Shown in pieces: positions 22,542 to 33,667 of a stretch of DNA of 64,000 bases. Position 1 is the first letter of the stretch; every line of letters starts with the position of its first letter. The notes under the pieces are model-generated. The model made no database searches, had not been told where the DNA came from, and saw only the letters and a program-made list of their open reading frames with translations. Origin of the DNA: Nitrospirales bacterium. GTDB lineage: Bacteria; Nitrospirota; Nitrospiria; Nitrospirales; UBA8639. Made by a program: the position numbers and the translations under genes. Location: contig CBDBCZ010000014.1 in the NCBI GenBank assembly GCA_965203295.1, forward strand, positions 640,001 to 704,000, given 5' to 3'.

Positions 22542-23942
22542 CTAAGGATTGAATAGCAATTTCTGATATAGAGAAACTAGCTATACCGTACCATGCACAA
22601 GCTGCTCTGAATATAGTTAACTCCCTATAGCTACATGTACGTATACTAGATGTATTTCTTTCTGGTAGGTTTAGATTAGTAGCTGCATTGTCTTGCAAGT
22701 ACATGTAAACTGCTGCTTCAATGGATTATGAAAGAAGTTCAAGCACCTATTTCACAACATATATGTGAATAAGAAGGTGCTTTGCACTCATTTTGAAAAA
22801 CAAATTGTGCCAAAAATTAAATGTAGTTGTTGCAAGTCTGTACTAAAATGACAGTAGAAGAAATGGTGGGGCTAAGATCTTTATTTAATGTGACAATATA
22901 AAGCCTCTCAGAAGGTTATAAACAGAATGCTATTCAAGTCTTCCATCAAACATCTTTAGTGACATACTCTATGAATTTGTGTGCAACATGTGGCCGTAAG
23001 TAAAGTACAAAGATCTCTGCAGGCAGGCTTGGGAAAGAGGCTAGCAGTGTATTAAAGGTATACAAGGGTCACCAACACCTTCAGGTGCTGGGAGCAGTAA
23101 GTGCAGTGTCTGGAGACACTGGCCATAGAGCTGCATATGGGACGTGAGTTCAAATCCTGGTTCAGCAAAAGCCCAATGAAGGTTTGGAGCAGCTATGGTA
23201 CAGGGCTGGGTGTTTCCCTCTTGCTGTGGAAACTGGTACATGTACATACGCCATATCAGCTTCCCACAGTGTTTCAGATACCATTTTTATAACCCAATTT
23301 GGTATCTTTCACGGCTGATTAAGCATTCCAGTACACTAATTAAATGCTGCAGCTACAAGTATAGGCAAATCAGGATTCTAGAGGTCTGGCAAACAAAGAA
23401 AGTTAGGATTGTCTCTATGATATTATAGAATCTGTAGGTGAAGGCTACACCAACATGTGGACAGCAAAAGTAGCAAGATCGCTCTAAAGTCAGTAGGCAT
23501 TGTTTGCCCGAGTGCACTTCTCCCTGAGTGAATCAGGCAAACAAACCAATCATTTTGTAATGATCATCAACCGTTGTACTCCCCTAACACTAAGTGTCTT
23601 TGGCTATCCATGGTATTTTGCTCTAGGTGGATAAACCATTGTGGAATAATTTATTGAGTCATACAAGTTTCAGTTGTAATGGTTTACAGTTGCTGATGAT
23701 GTTGCTGCTGATAATTTCCCTTATGGACACCCTAAAGCTTCCCTACTACACTCACCAAATATGCAGCATGTGCAGTCAGTCAAGACAGCCACACCTCTTC
23801 GCAGTCGCATGCACTGCAGCAACGCAAGACCGTACTAGCGTGAGACGCTACACAAACGCTTAGCATGCACGTGAGAACCCAGCTCCTCCTGTATAACACA
23901 TTTTACGCAATTAAAATCAGATGATCTGGAGTGGCCCTGATG

Positions 23943-24038
23943 TAGCCTCGTTCCCAGGCCCGCGCCATTTTCGGTTACACGAAAGATGTGACTTTCCTTC
24001 GTGCAACCGAAAAAGTCGCGGGCCTGGGAACGAGGCTA
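23943..24038. mobile_element. 96-bp hairpin MITE (mirror 35872-35967)
   Basis: TIR TAGCCTCGTTCCCAGGCCCGCG; 9-bp TSD GCCCTGATG (23934-23942, 24039-24047). Confidence 0.88.
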
Positions 24039-24148
24039 GCCCTGATGCGCCACTGGTTTCAAGGCAGTTCATGGATTATAATTTACTGCAATACTGTAAG
24101 CGATCCCCAAGTTGGTAGAAGTTGGAGCTAGCTAGACTAACGTGCTAC

Positions 24149-24172
24149 CATAGATAGTAGAAGTTATCTATG
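24149..24172. mobile_element. 24-bp P-like remnant (mirror 35738-35761)
   Basis: CATAGATA-GTAGAAGT-TATCTATG flanked by 7-bp TSD GTGCTAC. Confidence 0.72.
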
Positions 24173-24590
24173 GTGCTACGTACCTTGACTCTGGTTGCTG
24201 TAGTTTGCAGCAGAGATACTAATAATACCTTTGTTTGCAGCTTTAGTCAAACTCACTTCCCCGCCCCCCAAAAGAAAACAAAAAACAAACAAAAACAAAG
24301 ACCCGGCAATGATAAGTGAGACTTCGACCTGTTCGCGTCTACTGCCATACCTCTCATTTCATGTATTATAGGAATCGAGAACGCGACAAGGAACCGACAG
24401 CTAGCTAAGGAACCACGAAGTAATAAATGCGGGGGCGGGCACGCTACGATATGCGCCGTGCGCGTCCATGCTTTTCGCGCCAGCTCACGCAGCTCTTGAC
24501 TGCGCAAGAAAGTTGAACTCTCTAGAATTAAAGTACTACTACAGAAGAATGAAGTCTCTATTCAAGGAACAGGGAGGTTGTAGGTATTAT

Positions 24591-26389
24591 CATAGATAAT
24601 ATAAACCGTAGGTGGATGCGAAACGGTATGCGTCCGCGGATAGTATACGGAGATTTATTGAAGCAGTCATTGCAGCGGTACGCGTGACCAGCCACGGTGT
24701 GCAAGTTCCAGCGTCTACCTCAGCGATTGAGCAACGAAACAGCAGCACGGGCCCAGTATCCTGACAGCTACATCAGACAGTTCATAGGTAAGTGGCTCTG
24801 CAGACAAAAGAAGGCCTCATTTCTAGTAGTAGTCGGTGAACTGGGAAGGTGTCACACTGGAGTCAATGGAAGGCAGAGCTTTGGAACTTTTGTGTGAGAT
24901 TATCTCCAGAGCAGTTTGGTTCTGAGCTAAAAACCTGCTACAGACCAATGCCTATCTAGGTCATCTACTGGGAGAAAATAGAGACTTTGCTCAGGCTTGG
25001 TCTGTAGTTTTCTAAATGAGGCTCATCATGCTGTAAAATCGGAACCTCAGTGTTCTCCTTTGTGTGAGATTATCTCCAGGGTTGTTAGACTCAGAACCCA
25101 AACCTTGTTTGAGATCAATGTCCAACTAGGTCATCTACTGGGAGAAAATAGAGACTTTCTTCTAGCTTGGCCTGTAGGCTATTAAATGAGGCTTGATCAT
25201 GCAGTAGAATCGGAAACTCAGTTCATGTTTTTGTGTGCATATCCAGTGTTTGCAACAATAACAAGTCCACTGGAATGAAACAAAAATCCCCCCTCAGAAT
25301 GCATATAGCATAAGGGTTTTGTTCTGTTTGCAGATGGATGTGAAGCCAGTTGGAAGAGGGCATCACAAGCGCCGAAAGAAGGGATTACGTTTGAGTTTTG
25401 ATCGTAGGAAGAATGAAGAACGACACCGGCAGCAGTGTGCATCGTATTAAACTCTCAAACAATATTTTTTATTTTGTACGCATCACAGTATAATATCATC
25501 AATCCTCTACTCTTTGTGGTTGCAGTGACTTTCTTGTGCCTTTCTTGTATTTCTTCTCAAATTTCATAGTCCATCCTTTGGCAAATGCATGGGCACGTAC
25601 AGTTATCCACAGATTGACGACAGCCTTCAATAGTTCAATGCTGTACTCTTCGTATGAAAGAGGGATGCTATGGGCAATCGTTTCCCAACAACACAAAACT
25701 GAGTTTGTTGTCAGGACTTCCTCAGTGATGGACAAACAAATGTTGGTGCCTTCATCATACTTCTTCACGCTTCTCTTCAACATAGCGGAGAAGTTCATGT
25801 ACCTTCTTCCCCCTTGGTGAGCGCTGGATGATCGGCTCTTTCTGCAGTGCTGACACACATGAAAGAAACAGTGTAGTGCAACCACCTGTGCCTCCCAAAG
25901 CAGCTTCATCAACTGATGCACTAGAATTTGTGACCTGCAGGGCATTAAATAGAGCACAGACACTAGCGACGCTGCTATACAGGCAGTATATGCTTGCTAG
26001 TAGCACCATAGTCATAATAGAGGTACTACAATGGTACTTTTTCACTCACAATGCTCACGCTCGGGCATGTTGAGGCGCTTTGTGGCACCAGGACCTGCTC
26101 TTCTTCACCGTCAACTTCTACAGTGACCAAACCCAAATCTCCGTCTAGAACGCTCTCTCCACTAGAAGAGGAACAAACTCTTTCCTCGCAACCATCTGCT
26201 CGCAGTTCTTGATCCATAACTCACGCTACTAGCGGGCCCAGACTAAACTCATGCACACTGCACGCAGCTCGAGAAAGATAAACGGAATATCGTAAATTAC
26301 GTCCGTTACATCCGCTGCAATGAATGCTTCACGTGAAAACGTAGTAAGCGGAAGCGTTTCGTATCCACCTACGGTTTATATTATCTATG
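24591..26389 (-). mobile_element. 1.8-kb non-autonomous TIR transposon, P-superfamily-like, left arm only
   Basis: ~35-bp TIR CATAGATAATATAAACCGTAGGTGGAT.CGAAACG; 7-bp TSD GTATTAT; empty site at ~35320. Degenerate minus-strand coding remnant ending LWITVRAHAFAK..KKGTRKSL; ~170-bp internal tandem repeat near 24890-25220. Confidence 0.85.
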
Positions 26390-28585
26390 GTATTATCAAA
26401 TAATTTGTAGCAAGACCTGACAGTTCCCAATTTATGCCCCACCAGGTAGTTTCACGAGTTCACATGAAACAGTAATTGATTGTAGGTATCTATCAATAAA
26501 TAAGAGTAAAATGGAAGCGGTAACATACAAGAAAGATTATAGAAGTCTGTCAACATTAAGGATTCTGAAGCATCTTGAAGAGGAGTATATATATCGTTAT
26601 AAGGCCAAACAAACTTTCATCACAGCCTCTAGTTTACAGGGAGAATGGAGAGGAACCAAATTCCCAATTTCATTTCCACCTCTAATTAATTGTACACATT
26701 ACTTTTCTTGTGTTTGCCTTTAGTGATTGCTGAAATGAAACATAGGTGGGAGATAATTAGTCACACAGAACACAACTTCAATAAGCAAAGTGGAATGAAC
26801 CATATATAAGGAGCAATGTAAGTAACTATGCCTCATATTGACAGCCAACTTTGAGATCAGTGTATTCCTAGCAGAGAGAATTGGGGAAGTTACTGCTTCC
26901 CAATTAATTGCCTACTCTGACAGAGTGCACACATTAATCTTCTTTAGAGATAGCAGATATGTGGGAATAAACAAATTAATATATGCAGTGCACAATCGTA
27001 ATATGCTGCTCTAGAAGGAACTGTGTAAAAAAACAGCGTAAGTAAAACCGTACCCATGACAGTCTACTTAGAGATCACACAAAGTCAGGCAAGATATTCC
27101 TAGCTAATTAGGAATCTGCCAGAGAGAATGGAGAGGAACCAGCTTCCCAATTCCATTCCCCACTCTAATTAATTGTACACGTTACTTTTCTTGTTTTTGC
27201 AAAATGTTACTTCAAAGTTTGCAAGCAGAAAACATAAGTGGAAGATAACTAATTTAGTTACACCTAACACAACTTCCACAAGAAGTCGTGGAATGAACCA
27301 TCTAAAAGGCACTGGAACAACAAACAGAACAAAATGTGAGGAAAAGTAAATAACACCATCTCAGTAAGCTTCTCTAGAAGGAACCATGTAAGGAACCGCA
27401 CCCCTGACAGCCCACTTTGTGATAACACAAAGCTAATTGAGAATCTGTCTCTTTACTGCAAAGATATCAACAGCACAGCCTCTAACTACCGGAGAGAATG
27501 GAGAGGAATCAGCTTCCAATTCAGTATACCCACTCTAATTAATGACACACATTACTTTTTTGTGTGTTCGCACAATGTAACTTTAGAGCCTATTGCAGGC
27601 AGGAAACAGGTGGGGGATGATTAGTCTCACAGAACTTGAAGGAATAATCTACGGAGCAAAGTAAGGAACCGTGCCTCATATTGACAGCCAACTTTGAGAT
27701 CAGTGTATTCCTAGCAGAGAAAATTGGAGCAGTTGCTGCTTCCCAAATAATTGTCTACTCTGGTAAGTGCATGCTTTACTCTCCTCATGTTAACACAATG
27801 ATTCTTTAGGGAAAGGAGACAGGACAAATGTAAAAAAAGCAAGTTATGCAGTAAACAATTGCAGTAAGCTGCTTTAGAAGGAACCGTAAGGAACCGTACC
27901 GCTGACAGCCCACTTTGAGATCACACAAAGTCAGGCAAGGTATTCCTAACTAATTGGAAATCTGTTTCTTTATTGCAAAGATACCAACAGCACAGCTTCT
28001 AGCTACCAGAGAGAGCGGAAAGGTACCAGCTTCACAATTTCATTCTCCACTCTAATTAATTGTACACATTACTTTTCTTGTGATGGCAAAATGTTACTTC
28101 AGAGATTGCAGGCAAGAAACCATAGTTAGTACTCTACAATCTATGACAAAACATAGGACGTGGGGGAAATTAGTCACATGCACAGAACACAAATTCGATA
28201 TGTAACCGTGGAATGTACCATCTAAAAAGCACAGTAGTAACTGTGCCTCATATTGACAAGAAAGATTATAGACGACTGCCAACATTAAGGAGAAGCATCT
28301 AGAAGAGGAGTATATCGTTATAAGGCTAAACAAACTTCTATCACAGCCTCTAGCTGCCAGGGAGAATGGAGAGGTACCAAATTTCCAATTTCATTTTCAA
28401 CTCTAATTAATTGTACACATTACTGTTCTTGTGTTTGCCTTTAGTGATTGCTGAAATGAAACATAGGTGGGAGATAATTAGTCACACAGAACACAACTTC
28501 AATAAGCAAAGTGGAATGAACCATCAATAAGCAACCGTTGAAGGAACGTCTAAGGATCAAAGCATAGATCAAAGTAAGGAACCGT

Positions 28586-29246
28586 TGTCACAGTAAATTT
28601 GATCGCTCGGAAATTCGATCGCGGCGACAGAATTTACTAGGAAATACTATCGCCGAGCGATTCAATTTACTAGGAAATACGGTAGGGCCTAGGAAATATT
28701 ATCGCACGCTAGCTTTGCACCTTCCCAGCACTCAGCGTACATGGCATAGTCTCGTGGATTTTGATCTATGTTCAAACGTTCCCAGGCCACAATCAGGGCT
28801 TACCCCCGCTTTCCTTGCGGGCTGGGAAAGACTAATGTAAGCGCAGGGTACTGGCTGCCAAATTCGAGACTCCATACTAGTATAGTAGCCTGCTGGGTTA
28901 TCCAGCGCTCAGGAAGTCTCTACTCTTCATGTTTTGCTGACTGTTGACTCATAATGCGATGTGCATGAATAAAGTGTACATGTTGTATACAGAAAACTTA
29001 TGTTACAGTGCTGGTACGCATGACAGGTGTGCAAAACCATTACTGCTTAAATACAGCTTCTGGTATTTTTGCACAGGATTCGTGAAACCATTTTCCACAC
29101 TTGCTGCACATGCGTTCTTCTCCATTGTCTGGCAGCCAGCATGAACAGTAAACGCCCACATTCTCACTTCCGATGGGCGTTCCTGCTCGGATCGTCTGGG
29201 GCGGGAATGGTTCCAGCTTTCCGTCCTTTAAGAAGCATACTCTTTA
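28586..29246 (-). mobile_element. 3' end of a Ginger-like DNA transposon with PHD-finger remnant (mirror 31524-32184)
   Basis: TGTCACAG terminus; ~125-bp TIR with internal AATTTACTAGGAAATA repeats; preceded by CCGT. Minus frame reads VYCSCWLPDNGEERMCSKCGKWFHESC..*WFC. Confidence 0.75.
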
Positions 29247-29250
29247 GAAT

Positions 29251-31526
29251 TTATTGAATGTTCAACCACTCTGAGACTCACACACAACCTAAAAACAGGT
29301 GACCTGGTGTGCTGTGTGACACCCTACCGCCAACCTAAATAAGTGTGTTTTGACCACTTTATTTCTAAGAGTGAAGAGCCACAGCCTCTAGCTACCAGAG
29401 AAAATGGAGAGGTAACAGCTTCCCAATTTCATTCCACACTCTAGTATAGCATACTTTTCTTACTCGCATAATGTTTAACTTAATTCAGAGATTGTATGCA
29501 GGTACAAAATATAGGTGAGCTACAATAGTTAGCTATAGACTTTCATTAGTAAGCAATGTTGTACTGTAGGCTTAGAGGGTGATGTATGTCCGGCAAGCAG
29601 GCACCCTGAGGTGCAATGTCGCTATTTCTTAGTAATCACTTTTCGGTTGCTCTTATACATATTCCTGGCCAATAATGAGGGTAGCTATTATAACCTAAGA
29701 GGGATTTCTATGAAGCAGTGACATTGTACCAAGGTTGCCTGTTCAACAGACATATATACAGAAGCACTCAACCTCTAAGCCAAGGTTATTTTCAGACTGT
29801 TTATCCTGGTGTAAACTATAATCCCAGAAATGTGGCTCTTGGTATTTATATAGTACAGAGACGGATTCCCACCTTTAGTTTAATTATTCTTCTAGTGCGA
29901 TGTGAAAGGGGGCTGTCAGTATGTAGGACATGTTCTTACAAGATTTGAGTTTAACCATGCGTTGCTTACTGAAGTTGTAATCTCTAGAGATATAACTACA
30001 TAAACCATAATTGTTTCTCACTCTCTGAATTAACTGCATGAGATAAGGAGTGTGTACGTATGCTTAGTTAGAGTGGGGAAGCTGTTACTTTTCCTCTCTC
30101 TCTGGTAGCTAGAGGCTGTGGCTTTTGGTATCTCTGGAATACAGAGACAGATTTCCAATTAGCTAGGAATGCGTACCTTGTCTGACTTTGTGTGATCTCA
30201 ACGTGGGCTGTCAGGGGTACCGCGCGCATGCAGAAATAAAGTGGAATGCGTTGCAGGGAAATTTGACAGGAAATCTGGCAGTTTAGGTACAGGACAGTAT
30301 AGGATAGGGTAGAATTTCCTTTAAAATCATGAAATTCTGCCCTATCCTATACTACCTTAAATTGTACCTGAAATACCAGATTTTCTGTCAAATTTCCTTG
30401 TAACACGTTTCAGGAAATTCCACTTTTTTTTGCATTTTTTTACTGTACATGGTTGCTTACATGATTCCTTCTAGAGCTGCTTGCCGCGATTAGGTACTGC
30501 ATAGTTGTCTATTTTCACATTTTGTTCTGTCTGCTGTCTTTTAAAGGAGAACTATGAACGCTAAATTAGAGCTGGGATGTGTTTGGAAAGCAGTCAATTA
30601 TTTTTTCTCCCTGGTAGCTAGAGAGTGTGGCTCTTAGCATCTTCAAAATGCAAGGACTGATTTCCTATTAGTTGTGCAAAGGAATATCCTTACTTCAATT
30701 CTTCAAATACAATATTTCACGGAGTGGGCTCTTAGTGGTACGAATCCTTACACGGTTCTTTCTAGAGTTGCTTGCTGATGTAGTATACTGTATTAATTTA
30801 CTAGTTGTTTACCACCTATTGTTTGTACTGAATATCTCTAGCAGATCATTGTGAGAACATATGAAAAGTAATAGATGTAGGGCGGGGATGAAATTAGGAA
30901 GCAGTAGCTGCTCCAATTTTCTCTGGTAGAGAGAGGTTGTGGCTTTTGGTGTCCACCCTTCTTCAGGTATTGAAGTGCTATCTCAAAGTGGGCTGTCAGG
31001 GGTAGTGTTCCTGACTTGGTTCCTTACACGGTTCCATCTAGAGCAGCGTATTACGATTTTGTACTACATATAATTTGGTTTGTTTTCACATTTATCCTGT
31101 CTTCTTTCCCTAAAGAATCATTGTGTTCACATGTGGAGAGTAAAGTATGCACTTACCAGAGTAGGCAATTATTTGGGAAGCACTAACTGCTCCAATTCTC
31201 TCTGCTAGGAATACACTGATCTCAAAGTTGGCTATCAGTACAAGACATGGTTCCTTATTAGACGTTTCTTCAACTGTTGATTATTAATGGCTCATTCCAC
31301 TTTGCTTATTGAAGTTGTGTTCTGTGTGGCTAATTATCTCCCACCTATGTTTCATTTTAGCAATCACTAATGGCAAACACAAGAAAGGTAATGTGTACAA
31401 TTAATTAGAGTTGGAAATGAAATTGGGAATTTAGTTCCTCTCCATTCTCCTAGGTAGCTAGAGGCTGTAATGAAAGTTTGTTTAGCCTTATAACGATCCA
31501 CTCCTCCTCAAGATGCTTCTCGTTAA
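29251..31526 (-). repeat. Palindrome spacer, an inverted copy of 8575-10855
   Basis: Begins TTATTGAATGTTCA (rc of 10855 leftwards) and ends ...ATGCTTCTCGTTAA (rc of 8575); shares ORFs 29718-29948 and 30672-30854. Confidence 0.93.
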
Positions 31527-32714
31527 AGAGTATGCTTCTTAAAGGACGGAAAGCTGGAACCATTCCCGCCCCAGACGATCCGAGCAGGAACGCCCATCAG
31601 AAGTGAGAATGTGGGCGTTTACTGTTCATGCTGGCTGCCAGACAATGGAGAAGAACGCATGTGCAGCAAGTGTGGAAAATGGTTTCACGAATCCTGTGCA
31701 AAAATACCAGAAGCTGTATTTAAGCAGTAATGGTTTTGCACACCCGTCATGCGTACCAGCACTGTAACATAAGTTTTCTGTATACAACATGTACACTTTA
31801 TTCATGCACATCGCATTATGAGTCAACAGTCAGCAAAACATGAAGAGTAGAGACTTCCTGAGCGCTGGATAACCCAGCAGGCTACTACACTAGTATGGAG
31901 TCACGAATTTGGCAGCCAGTACCCTGCGCTTACATTAGTCTTTCCCAGCCCGCAAGGAAAGCGGGGGTAAGCCCTGATTGTGGCCTGGGAACGTTTGAAC
32001 ATAGATCAAAATCCACGAGACTATGCCATGTACGCTGAGTGCTGGGAAGGTGCAAAGCTAGTGTGCGATAATATTTCCTAGGCGCTACCGTATTTCCTAG
32101 TAAATTGAATCGCTCGGCGATAGTATTTCCTAGTAAATTCTGTCGCCGCGATCGAATTTCCAAGCGATCAAATTTACTGTGACAACGGTTCCTTACTTTG
32201 ATCTATGCTTTGATCCTTAGACGTTCCTTCAACGGTTGCTTATTGATGGTTCATTCCACTTTGCTTATTGAAGTTGTGTTCTGTGTGACTAATTATCTCC
32301 CACCTATGTTTCATTTCAGCAATCACTAAAGGCAAACACAAGAACAGTAATGTGTACAATTAATTAGAGTTGAAAATGAAATTGGAAATTTGGTACCTCT
32401 CCATTCTCCCTGGCAGCTAGAGGCTGTGATAGAAGTTTGTTTAGCCTTATAGCGATATACTCCTCTTCTAGATGCTTCTCCTTAATGTTGGCAGTCGTCT
32501 ATAATCTTTCTTGTCAATATGAGGCACAGTTACTACTGTGCTTTTTAGATGGTACATTCCACGATTACATATCGAATTTGTGTTCTGTGCATGTGACTAA
32601 TTTCCCCCACGTCCTATGTTTTGTCATAGATTGTAGAGTACTAACTATGGTTTCTTGCCTGCAATCTCTGAAGTAACATTTTGCCATCACAAGAAAAGTA
32701 ATGTGTACAATTAA

Positions 32715-33667
32715 GGTAGGAAGGGCCTCACCTGGAATCCACAATTCAAATGGACGGCTTTGTTGATAACATGAAAGTCTACCTCGAATTGACAAAAATT
32801 TTGCATCTAACCACACCTCCTGCTAAATAATCCACAAAAACGCAATTTCGGGTTGCTTTAAAATACGAGAAATTTTGGAATCTGCTAGAGCCCCGCCCAC
32901 AGTCTGGCAACAACACCAGTACCTACAGAGGACAGGCTACAAACGTAGGGATGCTTTTTCACAGGAATGCTTCAAAGCCAGTTTTACAGCCCTGAACGCA
33001 TCCAACCACCCCAAAACCCTCATTTTCGCTATCCTGACTTTCAAAAAAAATTCGGCAACCGCCCACGCTCACCCGACGAATTCGAGCCCTGCATTACAAA
33101 CTTCAACCTACTCCCACAAAAATTAGGGATGCGATTTTTCATTCACCCCTCGGTTTCTGAGAACCACCCACCAGAGCTCTCCCTATAAATCTCCACAGAT
33201 TCACACAACTAGCTATTCGAGCTAATTTTAAAAAAAATGGGCGGGGCCTACAGACCCGAAAGGTGACTATTCTAGCCTACCTGAGATGGGCAACAACCTG
33301 CCACTATCCGTCTGTCTGGCTGACTTCTAGCCACTCGGGCAGCCTAACAAACTTTCTACAACACACTAGCTAGCTATTCTGACATAAAAAGCCTACTCAC
33401 AATTCTATGATGTCATATCTTCTTTTTAAAAAAAAAGTGTTGAAAGCCAACATCAGAGTACCGCTCAACCACATCAAAGTGCCGATATCACATATGAAAG
33501 AACCGCTATCCACATCAAAGTGACACACCCCTCCTGTTGATTCCGGTTGCCGCCATGGGAAAATGCAAACATATCAATGAATCTAATTAGCGCCACGTGA
33601 GTGACGTCATCTCATTAATTCTTCATGAGGAGAATCACGCGGATTCGAAGGTGAGGCCCTTCCTACC
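32715..33667. mobile_element. 953-bp non-autonomous Kolobok-like transposon, right arm only
   Basis: 19-bp perfect TIR GGTAGGAAGGGCCTCACCT; TTAA TSD; RR..YY termini; empty site at ~28056. Confidence 0.85.

Larger units (their letters stand above)
8670..29246 (+). repeat. Left arm of ~20-kb inverted segmental duplication
   Basis: Dozens of mirrored ORFs in the track (e.g. 14833-15276- vs 42824-43267+; 22272-22541- vs 37369-37638+). Breakpoints read directly from the sequence. Confidence 0.96.
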
